A stretch of DNA of 64,000 nucleotides from Octopus sinensis (GCF_006345805.1 NC_043015.1:45694001-45758000); one strand, 5' to 3'. Positions 38,037-50,747 are shown, counted from the first letter of the stretch. Numbers and translations: made by a program. The notes: generated from the letters alone by a model not told the origin.

Positions 38037-38200
38037 GACAGGCTTCTTTTAGTTTCCGTCTACTAAATCCACTCACAAGGCATTGGTTGGCCCGGGGCTA
38101 TAGCAGAAGACACTTGCCCAAGATACCACGCAGTGGGACTGAACCCATAACCATGTGGTTGGTTAGCGAGCTACTTACCACTCAGCCACTCCTGCGCCTA
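37748..38200 (-). mobile_element. SINE family A
   Basis: Full-length copy starting 18 bp after the exon 37328-37730 donor. Confidence 0.92.
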
Positions 38201-38237
38201 TGTGTATATATATATGTATATATGTGTGTGTGTGTGT

Positions 38238-39390
38238 ATCATCATCATCGTTGTTTAACGTCCGCTTTCCATGTTGGTATGGGTTGGACAGTTTGACTGA
38301 GGGCTGGCAAGCCAGGAGGCTGCATCAGGCTCCAATCCGATCTGGCAAAGTTTCTACAGCTGGATGCCCTTCCTAATGTTAACCACACCGAGAGTGTAAT
38401 GGGTGCTCTTTACGTGCCACTGGCACAAGGGCTAGTCAGGCAGTACTGGCATTGACCATGCTTGAATTTGTGCCTTTTACGTGCCACCGGCATGGGAGCT
38501 AGTTAGCTGGCACTGCACTGCTATTGGCCACGATGACTTCACTTGCCTCGACAGGTCTTTGCAAGCGCAGTTTATTGCCCAATGATTGGAGGGTACTCTT
38601 AAATGGGCTGGTTATGCTGTACTGGCACAGGTGACAGTTACAGTCTCACTTGGCTTGCTACAGCGTATTTCCAAAGGTCTCGGTCACTTGTCATCGCCTT
38701 GGTGAGGCCCAACGTTCAAAGGTCATGCTTCACCATCTCATCCCAGGTCTTCCTGGGTCTACCTCTTCCACATGTTCCCTCTACAGCTAGGGTGTGACAC
38801 TTTTTCATACAGCTGTTTTCATCCATGTGCACCACATGACCATACCAGCGCAGTCGTCTAGCAACACCACATCTGATGCCTCTTAGGTCCAACTTTTCTC
38901 TCAAGGCACTTACACTCTGTTGTGTATGCACACTGACATTACACATCCAGCGGAGCATACCAGCTTCATTCCTTGCATGCTTATGCATGTCATCAGCAGC
39001 CAAGTTTCACTGCCATGTAGCAGGGCTGTTCGCAGACATGCGTCATACAGTCTACCTTTTACTCTGAGTGAGAGGCCCTTTGTCACCAGCAGAGGTAGGA
39101 GCTCTCTGACTTTGCCCAAGCTATTCTTATTCTAGCAGCTACACTCACAGAGCATCAACCCTCGCTACTGACTTGGTCACCTAGGTAACAGAAGCTATCA
39201 ACTACTTGTAGTTTTTTCCCCCCTGGAATGTGACAGAAGCTGTTATCTGCACATTTTCAGTGTTTATTGGCCGTGAGCATTTGCCACACACAAAGTCTAT
39301 CTTCCCAGTTAGCGTTCCTTTGATATTGCTGTACCTCTTATGTGTCCATAGCTTACACTGGGTACAGCTTATGGAGTTTCTACCTACGCC
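38238..39390 (-). mobile_element. RTE-clade LINE 3' fragment (degenerate ORF2 C-terminus plus 3' UTR)
   Basis: LLHGSETW, RLRWYGHV, GRGRPRKTW motifs across frames; (GAT)n tail. Confidence 0.88.
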
Positions 39391-39459
39391 TTATATATAC
39401 ATACATACATAAATATATATATATATCATCATCTTCATAATTTAATATTCACCTTTCAC

Positions 39460-40090
39460 AGAGTGGCAAGCTGGCCAAATTGTTAGCATGCCAGGCAAAA
39501 TGCTTAGTGGTATTTCATCTGTCCTCACATTCTGGGTTCAAATTCCGCTGAAGTCTACTTTGCTTTTATACTTTTGGGCTTGATAAAATAACTACCAGTT
39601 GACCTCTGGGGTTGATATCATTGACATACACCTTCCCCGAAATTGCTGGCCTTGTGCCTACATGTGAAACCAATTGTCATCTTTCATAGGTTGGCAAGCA
39701 GCAGAATCATTAGCATGCCGGGCAAAATGCTTAGCGGCCATTTCATGTCTTCGCATTCAAAGTTCAAATTCTGTTGAGGATGACCTTGCTTTTATCCTTT
39801 CGGGGTCAATAAAATTAGTATGAGTTGCTGTAATTGACTTACCCCACTCCCCTGAAATTGCAGGCCTTGTGCCAAAATGCAAAACCAATATTCATAGGGT
39901 GGTGAGCTGGCAGAATTGTTAGCATGCCAGGCAAAAGGCTTAGCGGCATTTTATCCGTCTTGACACTCTGAGTTCAAATTCCACTGAGGTCATCTTTTGC
40001 CTTTCATCCTTTTGCGTTCGATAAAATTGGTACCAATTGAATACTGAGGTCAATGTGACTTCCCCCAAACTTACTGGCGTTGTGTCAAAG
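39460..40090 (+). mobile_element. three diverged tandem SINE family B copies
   Basis: Each about 210-220 bp with its own head (GGCAAGCTGG / GGCAAGCAGC / GGTGAGCTGG) and B box. Confidence 0.8.
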
Positions 40091-40186
40091 TGTATGAAAA
40101 AAAAAGGTGGGGGGGGATGTACCAACAACTACATAAACACCACAATAACAATGAATATAATTGTTCAGAATTTCATATATTCTCAG

Positions 40187-40269
40187 GTGCTAAAGAAGCT
40201 GAAAAGGTAGAAGATACCGAAAACGATAAACCTTGTTCCAAATGTCAGCAATTTGACCGACCAGAAACG
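40187..40269 (+). CDS. RSF1: RSF1 coding exon, PHD finger part 1 (ENDKPCSKCQQFDRPET)
   Basis: tctcag/ ... /gtaaga, 83 bp, phase 1 to 0; C-x2-C of the PHD finger. Confidence 0.92.
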
Positions 40270-40589
40270 GTAAGATTTTATCCTGAATTTTTTTTCCCTT
40301 TTTAATTAAAAAAAAAGAAAATTTTTTTTGTTGGTGTCATTCACCTCCAATCAAATAGATTAGAATTATAGGTAATTTGACATTTCGGTTATTATTCATT
40401 TCATTGGAAAGTTTGTGGAAACTGTGTGAACCAAATGCATCTGTTCCTATGAACTTTGAATTCAAATCTGAAGTCGATAAAAAAAACAAAACACTGTGTA
40501 CATGAAACAGAATACTATGCAACAAGTACTATGAGCCCAGTAGTTATTAAGCAGGATGCTGGATTTATATGAGGTTATCTTTTCTTAGA

Positions 40590-40817
40590 TGTGAAGGCGT
40601 ATGGCTCAGTGGTTAGAGCAGCATTTCTCAACCGGCGTTCCCCAGAACCCTAGGGTTCCACAAAAGATTCCTAGGGTTCCGCAAGAAAGAGTGAGATCAG
40701 CTAATGCTAATTTCATCCTTGTAATATTACTATACATGCACAACATATTATTGGTTATTGTAATATAGACGTCATCCTATCTAACCTATTATGTTGTGAA
40801 AAAATATAACAACCACA

Positions 40818-40860
<43 letters not shown>

Positions 40861-41500
40861 ACAGGTAACCGAAGAGATGGTGTTGCGGATTTCCACCTCG
40901 GCATCCGAAACTCAGAGTTTTATCTTGGCTACTGAATAATTGTCATATTATTGTCACATTATTTTACAGATAAATTTCCTCTATTTACATAATATTGAGG
41001 TCTCTTTCTTTCTTTTGTTATCTTACCGTTTTTACCAATATATATATATATATATGATATTTACCCATGAACTATGAAGAAAAAATATGAGAAAGATATA
41101 TAGTGTATAATTTTTTTTTTGTGCAGGGGTTCCTCGAGACATGTAATTTATTTTAAGGGTTACACAATGGTAAAAAGATTGAGAAACACTGGGTTAGGGT
41201 GTGAGGCTCACAATAATGAGGTAGTGAATTCGATTTGCAGACTGGGCTGTGCATTGTGTTCTTGAGCAAGACACTTTATTTCATGTCGCTCCAGTTCACT
41301 CAGCTGTAGAAATGAGTTGGGGCTTCACTGGTTCCAAGCTGTATCGGTCTTTGCCTTTCCCTTGGATAACATTGGTGGCATGGAGATTGGAAGCTGGTAT
41401 GCACGGGCGACTACTGCTCTTCCATAAACAATCTTGTCCAGACTTGTTCCTCAGAGGGGAACTTTCTTGGTGCAATCCCACAGTCATTCCTTTATCTTAG
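40590..41500 (+). mobile_element. tRNA-derived SINE family D interrupted by a hAT MITE
   Basis: Head GAAGGCGTATGGCTCAGTGGTTAGAG at about 40592-40618 resumes at 41192 with a B-box-like GAATTCGATTTGC and CTTGAGCAAGACACTT. Confidence 0.75.
40619..41191. mobile_element. hAT-type MITE
   Basis: CAGCATTTCTCAAC ... GATTGAGAAACACTG; TSD GGTTAGAG / GGTTAGGG; reverse orientation of the 9147-9525 family. Confidence 0.88.
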
Positions 41501-41635
41501 ATGAACAGTTAAAGAGATGAAGGGTTTCATCTGTCCTGGGTCCATTGGGGTGTCCGAGTGACTTTCTTCACTGCAAGGAACGACTTAATTGCTCTGTCAC
41601 AAGTTTTCATATTTCCTCTTCTGCCTCTTTTCTAG

Positions 41636-41740
41636 ATCCTGCTCTGCGACAAGTGTGATGCTGGTTATCACACTCTCTGCATCCACCCTCCACTGTTTGT
41701 CATTCCTGAAGGAGACTGGTTCTGTCCACCTTGTGAGCAT
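41636..41740 (+). CDS. RSF1: RSF1 coding exon, PHD finger part 2 (ILLCDKCDAGYHTLCIHPPLFVIPEGDWFCPPCEH)
   Basis: ttctag/ ... /gtaagt, 105 bp, phase 0-0; canonical C-x2-C, H-x2-C, W-F-C-x2-C. Confidence 0.96.
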
Positions 41741-41853
41741 GTAAGTATATTAAAAAAAAAATTTTGTTGTGTTCCTTTTTTCAATTTCTTAATTTTTTTT
41801 TTTTCATCTTGCTTGACCTTAAATTGGGAATCAAGCTATTAAAGATTCTTGGA

Positions 41854-41890
<37 letters not shown>

Positions 41891-42020
41891 CCACAGGAAC
41901 AGTTGTGTCAGCAAAAGAATGTTTGCCTATACAGAAAGAGGCATTGATTGATGTTTTCAAATGGATCATCAATGGACATGAACTTAATGAATTTGTTAAT
42001 TACTTGACAGTGTCACTGGT

Positions 42021-42249
42021 TTAACCCTTTCATTACCGCATTTATTTTGAGATGCTCTGTGTTTCTTTCAATTATTTTAGACGTAACAAAGAATTTAGTA
42101 AAATAACTTCATTATCATTAAGCTAGTGTTAGGAACATAAATTGTGACTAAGGTTTGGTGGAAGATTTTAATTCAAAATTTATGAAAACAAGACATTTGT
42201 ACTACAGAGCCAGAGCCGGTTTCAGCCAGGTTAGTAACGAAAGGGTTAA
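42021..42249. mobile_element. piggyBac-type MITE family 1
   Basis: TTAA-CCCTTTC ... GAAAGGG-TTAA. Confidence 0.85.
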
Positions 42250-43009
42250 AAGATAAGTTTTAAACCTTTAAAGTTGTATTTGAAAACGAAAGAAAGAAAA
42301 GAAAAAAAAAAATACGACAATCTTTTTGTCATTTTTGTTTTTAAAACTTCCTGTTGGATGTTTATTGATTAAAAAAAAAAAAAAGTATTTTTATTCTTTT
42401 CATATTCAGACATTATTTCACAGTCAGATTTGTATCTATTATTGTTTACACATATGTGCAGTATAGAGAATATAGAGTTATGGGCCTTGCCCAGTGTTCA
42501 AAACGAAAGTAACGTTTTTAATTTCTTTTTTTTTTACTTACTTGACTGATACTAATGGTCCAGCACTTTATTTTTACAAATATTGTTACTTCATACATAT
42601 CTGATGGTCTATATCCTCAGACTTTGCCTTGTGAGTGGATTTGGTAGATGGAAACTGAAAGAAGCTTGTTGTATATCTGTGTGTGTCTGTGTTTAGTCTG
42701 CACCCTTGTTTTTGACATTATATGATATTACAAACAAGCATCATCATCATATAAATGATGTTTCCAGTCTTCTGCAGAAAAACATATCTGGTCATGGAAA
42801 ATATTACCTTGCTCAAAAAATAGGTGAGGGTTGGCAACAGGAAGGGCATCCAGCTGTAGAACTCGTGCCTCAGCAAATTCCACCTGACTCATGCAAGCAT
42901 GTAAATGTGGACGTTAAATGATGATATGTCTCTCTTTATATCTATCCACATGCACATGTAGCATGTACACTTATTGGTTTTGAAGAAAGACAGCATGTTT
43001 TTCTCAGAG

Positions 43010-43405
43010 ATACTCTTTTACTTGTTTCAGTCATTTGACTGCGGCCATGCACCGGCTTTAGTCGAACAAATCAACCCCGGGACTTGTTCTTTGTAAGCCT
43101 AGTACTTATTCTATCGGTCTCTTTTGCTGAACCGCTAAGTTACGGGGACATAAGCACACCAGCATCGGTTGTCAAATGTTGTTTTGGGGACAAACACAGA
43201 CACACAAACATATACACATACATATATATATATATACATACACGACAGGCTTCCTTCAGTTACCGTCTTCCAAATCCACTCACAAGGCTTTGGTCGGCCC
43301 GATGCTATAGTAGAAGACACTTGCCCAAGGTGTCACACAGTGGGACTGAACCCGGAACCATGTGGTTCCTAAGCAAGCTTCTTACCACACAGCCACTCTT
43401 GCACT
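43010..43405 (-). mobile_element. SINE family A
   Basis: Full-length copy. Confidence 0.88.
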
Positions 43406-43782
43406 TAGTGATTTAATACTAGTGATTTAGTTTTCAATCGAAATCATCTCCCTTTGGTATTGGAAACTGGGATGTCGCTGTCATTGCTGTTTAGTTCTCT
43501 CCCCTCAAGTCAGCTTTGATTGATCAGACGCACGTTGAAAGGCATTCTTGCTGTTACCATCTTAGACCTTATGCAAACAAAGTGTGTCTGAGACCCCATT
43601 ATCCTGTGTGTCCTTCCTTTCTTTTTCAAGACTGTTGGATGTGATTTTATTTTAGGGAGATCTGGCTGCTATTTCTACCCGACCTGGTGGCCTATCCTTC
43701 CTACATATGTTAAATGCATAAATTCCTTACACTTGAATACAGTTCTTTTATATATTTTTTTTTTGCCTTTTTTTTTTCTTAG

Positions 43783-43862
43783 AAAATGTTATTAGAAAAA
43801 CTGATGACTAATCTGCAAGAACTTGATCTCCAGTTAAAGAAAAGGGAAAGATTAATGAAGAG
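43783..43862 (+). CDS. RSF1: RSF1 coding exon (KMLLEKLMTNLQELDLQLKKRERLMKR, coiled-coil)
   Basis: tcttag/ ... /gtaagt, 80 bp, phase 0 to 2. Matches recalled KLLCEKLEEQLQDLDVALKKKER. Confidence 0.92.
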
Positions 43863-44104
43863 GTAAGTGATTATTGTTATTACGTTGTTGATATTGTTGT
43901 GTCGTTGTTTAACCCTAGGCCAAGCGGTGATAATGTCATTCGCCCTGTTAGTAAATCATCTGCTGATTTACATATTTGAACAATACGTGTTGGATAACAG
44001 ATCCCAAGCTTGAGATACAAGTCAAGGGTTCATGGCAGCAGAAAGAGTGTCATGCCTCAATAATATATTCGTCTAACACATGCTAACATGGAAAAACAAA
44101 TGAA

Positions 44105-44523
44105 TGGTGGCTGTTGTTGCTGTTTGTTTGTTTGTTGAGCGAAGCGGTCTTCGTCCCTACCCTCTTCTCCTTAGAGCTCGCAAGATCACGCCTCAGGATT
44201 GTCTGTAGTGGGAGAAGTCCGAAACGTGGTCCTTTGCTATTCGTAAGACCCGCAGAAGAGAAAGCAGGTCAACCCCCCGACACTGAGAGCATCGACGGAT
44301 GGATGAATGCACATCCAGGCTCAGCGGTTGCATAGGAAGTCGGGAACAAGAAACAGGAAGAAAGAGTGAGAGAAAGTTGGAGCGAAAGAGTACAACATGG
44401 GTCGCCCTGCCCTGCCGGAGCCTCGTGGAACTTTAGGTGTTTTCGCTCAATAAACACGCACAATCGAAACCGCGATCCTCCAACCGCGGGTCCGCTGCCC
44501 TAACAACTGGGTCATTGCACCTC
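44105..44523 (-). mobile_element. tRNA-derived SINE family C
   Basis: Minus-strand tRNA-like head and (AAAC)n tail; body shared with 22155-22343. Confidence 0.8.
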
Positions 44524-44539
44524 TACTGTTGTTGCTGTT

Positions 44540-44897
44540 GTAGCAGCCAGTAGCAACATGCTGGGCAAAATATGCTTAGCATCGTATTTCTTGTGGAACT
44601 TTATGTTCTGAGTTCAAATCTTGCCATGGTCAGCTTTGCTTTTTATCTTGTCAGGGTTGATAAAATAAGTACCAGTTGAGCACTGGGGTCAATGAAATCA
44701 AACTAGCCCCCTCGCACCAAATTTCAGGCCTTATGCCTGTAATAGAAAGGATTATTATTATTATTATTATATTTCTGATAAAGATTGATGTAACTCTGAA
44801 GAACACAGATTCTTGGTCAAAATATCGTTCAAACCGTTAAACAACAATCTATTACAAATCACATCAATCTCTTTTTATTGTCTTCTTCTTCTTCTAG

Positions 44898-44938
<41 letters not shown>

Positions 44939-45200
44939 TTTTTATTATTAGTATTATTATTATTAGTATTATTATTATTAGTAGTAGTATGTGGGGAGTT
45001 GGCAGAATCGTTAGCATGCCGGGTGAATTGCTTAGCGGTCTTTTGTATGCTGCAACGTTCTGAGTTCAAATTCCGCTGAGGTCAGCTTCACCTTTTATCC
45101 TTTTGGGGTTGATAAAATAAGTACCAGTTGAACACTGGGGTCGATGTAATTGACTTATCCCCTCCTCCATAATTGCTGCCCTTGTGGCAAAATTTGAAAC
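44540..45200 (+). mobile_element. two diverged SINE family B copies separated by (CTA/TTA)n microsatellites
   Basis: B box and body at about 44540-44750 and 44990-45200. Confidence 0.75.
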
Positions 45201-45737
45201 CATTATTATTATTATTATTATTGGTGTTAGGAAGGGCATCCAGCCTTAGAAACATTGCCAGATCAGACTGGGCCTGGTGCAGCCTTCTGGCTTCCCAGAC
45301 CCCAGTTGAACTGTCCAATCTATGCTAGCATGGAAAGCGGACGCTAAATGATGATGATGATGATTATTATTATTATTAATTATTATTATCAAAGTGACAC
45401 TGAGGTACAACTATATGAAGCCCAATATACCCACCATGACTACCTGTCTGATTAGGGTACATCAGGCATATGTATTACAACCGCATGTGTGCAACAGGGT
45501 GACCTCATATCAAGCTTAACAGTGTGTGATCATGCAGGTATGGCTGAGTTAGAATTTTCTTCCCTGGATAAAGGTTGTTTATGGATGATAAACAAAACAC
45601 CCACGTTCCAGAGATGAATTATTCAAACCCCCAAAGAATCCTTCTTAGTATGTGGCTATGATGCTCCTCAACTAAATTATGTTATAGGGACCTAAACAAA
45701 ATAACATCAGTTATCAAATAGAGGTGGGGGACAAATA

Positions 45738-46122
45738 TAAGTTAAGTTAATTTTTTGGCTCAAAAAGCAAAAAGCAAAAAGCAAGGCCATGTAGGGGGAC
45801 ATGGAGTTATGTACAGGGGTGTTCATGCAAAGAGTTCAGGCCATTTCTGATCAAGAGAGGCTTTGAACTGAGTGGTCGTCGGCATCTTCACTATCTCATC
45901 CGGCAGCTTATTCCACGGATATGCAACCCGGACGGAGAAAGCCCCTCTCCTTTGATTGAGATGAAATCGTCGCAGATAGAGCTTTTTGGAGTGACCCCGC
46001 AGCCTACGCTCTGGAGCAAGAGTGAAGAACATCTCTTTCGAGAGGTTACACTTTCCGCTTATGATGTTGTGAGCGAGAATGAGATCACCACGGCGGCGGC
46101 GTTTTTCTAGAGAATGAAGGTC
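45738..46122 (-). mobile_element. CR1-clade LINE 3' fragment
   Basis: ORF 45823-46134 is nearly identical in translation to 24436-24762; same tail. Confidence 0.88.
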
Positions 46123-46754
46123 ACACATACACACACAGCAGCTTCTTGCAATTTCTGCTTACTAAAAGCACACACAAGGCTTTGATTGGCCCGAAGCTAT
46201 AATAGAAGACACTTGCTCAAGGTGCTGTGCAGTGTAACTGAACCCAGAACCATGTAGTATGGAAGCAGACTTCTTACCACACACCTAGACCTGCACCTAC
46301 TTTCTCAAGTTTCATATGAAAAAGAAAATGTGGGTGGAAATGGAAGGTTCTGCTTCCTAGCAAATTTGTTGAAAGGTGGTTGAGAGCAGTGAGCATGGAC
46401 TGGAGCAACAGGCTGGCTCAGAGCCTGTCCCTGTCGATTGGTGGACAATTGTGGGTGGGTGGAGATGGAGGAGCACTTATCTTTAGTGGTCAGAGTTACC
46501 AGGTTTTGCGGGACTTCCACAAGAAAACCCTTGAAGATCTGCCTTCTTTTTGAGAATTTCCTTAACTCTTTCCTTTTTTTTTTACTCTCTTTTTATGTTT
46601 TATTCTGTACTGTCCTTGGTATCTTTTGTCAACCATTGTGGTACATTATCATCATCATCATCATTAGTCATATTGTGTTTTGCTTCAGTGAGTATGAAAT
46701 GAAATGTCTCACAGTTTCTGTGGATTTACGTATTTGATTTTGGTTTATTTACTC

Positions 46755-47115
46755 CATCCGATTGTGGGCGTTGCCAGCCTGGCCTGGCCTCCGTGCCGGT
46801 GGCACGTAAAAAGCACCATCCGATCGTGGCCGTTTGCCAGCCTCGCCTGGCCTCCATGCCGGTGGCACGTAAAAAGCACCATCCGATCGTGGCCGTTTGC
46901 CAGACTCGTCTGGCACCTGTGCCAGGTGGCACGTAAAAAGCACCGACTACACTCACGGAGTGGTTGGCGTTAGGAAGGGCATCCAGCTGTAGAAACATTG
47001 CCAGATCAGACTGGGCCTGGTGCAGCCTTTCTGGCTTCCCAGAGCCCAGTTGAACCGTCCAACCCATGCCAGCATGGAAAGCGGACGCTAAACGATGATG
47101 ATGATGATGATGATG
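46755..47115 (+). mobile_element. RTE LINE 3' UTR fragment
   Basis: Two internal subrepeats of about 56 bp; (GAT)n tail. Confidence 0.78.
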
Positions 47116-47399
47116 AAAAGAAAAAAAATACTTATCGAAAACTTTCCTACTGATTTCTTGTACTTGTGCTTCCTATAAATACTATATTTATAATTGTGTG
47201 CGAGCACACACACTCCCCCCCACACATTGACATACTATTGCAAATAAATACATACATACCTACACTCATATACACATAATGATATTTCTTGCATTGGTTT
47301 TTTCCTATTATGTAGGTTTCTGTTTTCTATTAAAATTTTGTATGTAGTGAAATTAACTTTATTTATTATTTTTTTTTCCATCATTTTTGTTCCTTGCAG

Positions 47400-47448
47400 A
47401 AAGGAGAGGCTGGCTTTTGTTGGTATTAGCTTGGATAATATTTTATCT
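47400..47448 (+). CDS. RSF1: RSF1 coding exon (RKERLAFVGISLDNILS)
   Basis: ttgcag/ ... /gtaagt, 49 bp, phase 2 to 0. Matches recalled KERLVYVGISIENII. Confidence 0.92.
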
Positions 47449-47789
47449 GTAAGTACTACACTATTTTTTCTTTTAAAGGATCCCGCTAGTAAGTTTATTG
47501 CTGTTTAAACACATAATTTAATTGTCCTGTCTTTAGCAATCAATACATGCCATGCTACTGTGAAAGTAGTATTTACTGTAACACACTTCAGGACATGATC
47601 TTGTTTCTTCTTTTGTGTGTGTGTGTGTGTTTGCCTGCTATTTTTTTTTTCCACAGGTTGCTCTTAAAAGTAATCTCTGTAATGAAAACTTTTCAAAACT
47701 TATTGATTCTTGAGTCTCTGGTAACATTGTCGTGTAACATTTTCACCTATACCTGTTGTCACTATTAATCATTCACATTGACGCGCGCA

Positions 47790-47838
47790 CACAGGCGTGT
47801 GTGTTTATATGTACATGTATGTATCTGTGTGTGTGTAT

Positions 47839-47920
<82 letters not shown>

Positions 47921-48419
47921 CGTATATATATATACACACATATATATATATAATATATAAATATACATATACACACATACATATGTACATGTGTGTGCGT
48001 GTATGTTTATATGTGTGTATGTATATATATATACACATGCATACATACATATACACACATACACATACACAAACATACATACATATATTGATAATGTTTG
48101 TGTGTGTCTGTATGTGTTTGTGAGTATGTATGCTTGTGTGTGTGTATATGTGTTTGTGTATGTGTATGTCTATGTATATGTATGTATGCATGTGTATATA
48201 TATATATATATATAAATACATACATATAAACATACACACACACATGTACATATGTATGTGTGTATATGTATATTTATATTATATATATATATATATATAT
48301 TTATCTGTGTGTGGTATATATATATATAATGTGTGTGTGGTGTGTGGGTGTGTATAATATATATATATATATTATATATATGTGTGTGTGTGTGTGTGGT
48401 GTGTGTGTGTGTGTGTGTG

Positions 48420-48475
<56 letters not shown>

Positions 48476-48500
48476 TATGTCTATGTAGCATATATATATA
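47790..48500. repeat. compound (TA)/(CA)/(TG) microsatellite block
   Basis: About 700 bp of almost pure alternating purine-pyrimidine sequence. Confidence 0.95.
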
Positions 48501-50711
48501 TCAAATCCTTGTCACCATTTTACATTTGTTTTCTGTGGGTTGTCACAATCTGAGTCGGCGCTTATTTGAGGTTAGTACTTACTTAGATGTGGTGGAGGGC
48601 CACTTGTTTCTTTCAAACTACTGCAGATCCTCTGTCATTCAGGTTTCACTGCCATACAATGTCATTTCTCCTATTCATTCTCTCTGAGACAGAGAGAGAC
48701 AGGGGTGGTGGGAAAGAGAGAGAGAGTAAAAAAGAAAAGAAAGGTCGGGGGAGATACTTTATTGTTAATAAATGTAGCAGTTAGCTTTAGCAGTTAACAC
48801 TAGTTAATGATAGTATAATGGCTTATTGGTTAAAACTTAGCTAGCTACTGTGTTATTCTGGTATTCACTATGTGCAGCCAAGCTTGCTGTACCAGATGTA
48901 TTGCTATGCTTTTTCTATATAATACGCTTTTTTTTTTCATGTATGAAAACAGCTGAAATAATTAGTGCAATGTGGTTTACTTTCGGAGTATAGTTTAAGG
49001 CTGGAAATGAACTCTGGGGCTTATGTTACAGTTTTATCAATGAGCTGGTGTATGTTGTTGTTTAATAACCCCATGTTTCATTTGGGACCAGCCCCGAATT
49101 TATAGACTTACAATCAAAGGTGTGCCAGTTACGATCACCATCACCGTGTCTTTTTTCCTTCATTTAAAATCACACCTCGTAATCTGTCCTTATGCTTTTA
49201 AAGTGGTAGATGTAGTCTGAGAGAGATTGGGCTGCATTTTCCAGACAGTCAAGCTAGCATATGTTTCTCTGTGTGTGTATACAGTACAGAGATCAACCCC
49301 CATCAGCTTTGTCATTTAATGTGTTTTTCTCTGTCAACATGGCTTAGGTGAGTCTGCTGTAAATTGTATCTTCACTTATCGTAACCCTTTGTCATTTTAT
49401 GTATAAACTTTGGTGTTTTGAGATATCATCACACTGTCTCACTCTCTGCGTTATCCTTCGTATTCTTGTGCTGCAAACCACTTCTGCTGTCAGTGCTCAG
49501 CACATACATGCATGCATCCATCCACCCATACATACATACACCACTAATATAAATACTAATTGCCATGCCTTCGTACAAATGAACACATGCATAACCAATT
49601 AACAATCTATATCTGTCTGTGGCTGTGTGGTAAGAAGCTTGCTTCCCAACCACATGGTTCTGGGTTCAGTCCCACTGTGTGGCACTCTGAGCAAGTGTCT
49701 TCTACTATAGCTCTGGACTGACTAAAGCCTTGTGAGTGGATTTGGCAGACAGGAACTGAAAAAAAGCCCACTGTGTGTGTGTGTGTGTGAATGTGTCTCC
49801 TTGTTTTCACATCGTGTGATAGTTGTAAAATAATTAAAATAACTGTGTCATTCGCTTTTGATATTCTGCGAGAACATGTCTAGACATGGGGAAAAATTAC
49901 CTTGTTTTGAAACAGGTGAAGGTTGGCAACAGGAAGGGCACCTGGCAGTGGAAAATCTGCCCCCAATACACTCCATCCAACCCATGCAGGCTTCATTCAG
50001 TTTCTACCTATCAAACCCACTCACAAGGCATTAGATTCTCCAACTATAGTAAGATGTTTTTGCTCAAGGTGCTATACTCCCCTTTTTTGTTCCACTATTA
50101 GAATATTTTCCCTTTTTTTTTCCTTTGGAACCCTTGCTTTTGAACTGAGCTATAAACCATGCTGGCCACGGGGGGGGGGGGCATTTCAACACAACAACAT
50201 ATTTTTTTTTTTTTTTTAATATCTGTGTTGATTTTTTTTTTTTTTGCTCAAGAATAGGAAGTGTCTACACAACCTGACACAGAAAGTTTCAACCTGCTGC
50301 TGATTTGTGTGTATGTGTGTATATGATTTGTGTGTATGTGTGTGTATATATATATATGTGTGTGTGTGTCCGTGTGGTGTGTATATTTCAGTGACTGACT
50401 GACAGGCAGGACTGGACTGGCCTAGTTTAAAGGCTCTCCCTTACCTCCCTTTACATTATTGTTTGTATGTGAGTAAGCTATGTAACCTCCTTTATTTTAT
50501 TTTACTTTGGTTATTTGTGTGTGTGTGTGTGTGTGTGTGTACGTATGTTTGTAGAACAAATTAATGCCTGGCGCATACTATATATTTATTACTACTACTG
50601 CCGTTGTTATTGCTGTTTCGAGTACAATTGAGACTATTCTGTGTGGTCGTCATCACCACCACCGCCACAGTAATATCGAGGAGGTTTTGTTTTATATCTC
50701 TGCTTTTATTT

Positions 50712-50747
<36 letters not shown>

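Noticed and set aside
47756-48553. Numerous [12 protein letters not shown] ORFs (also at about 10317-10642, 35308-35750, 37882-38296)
   Set aside because: Translations of dinucleotide microsatellites, which lack stop codons.
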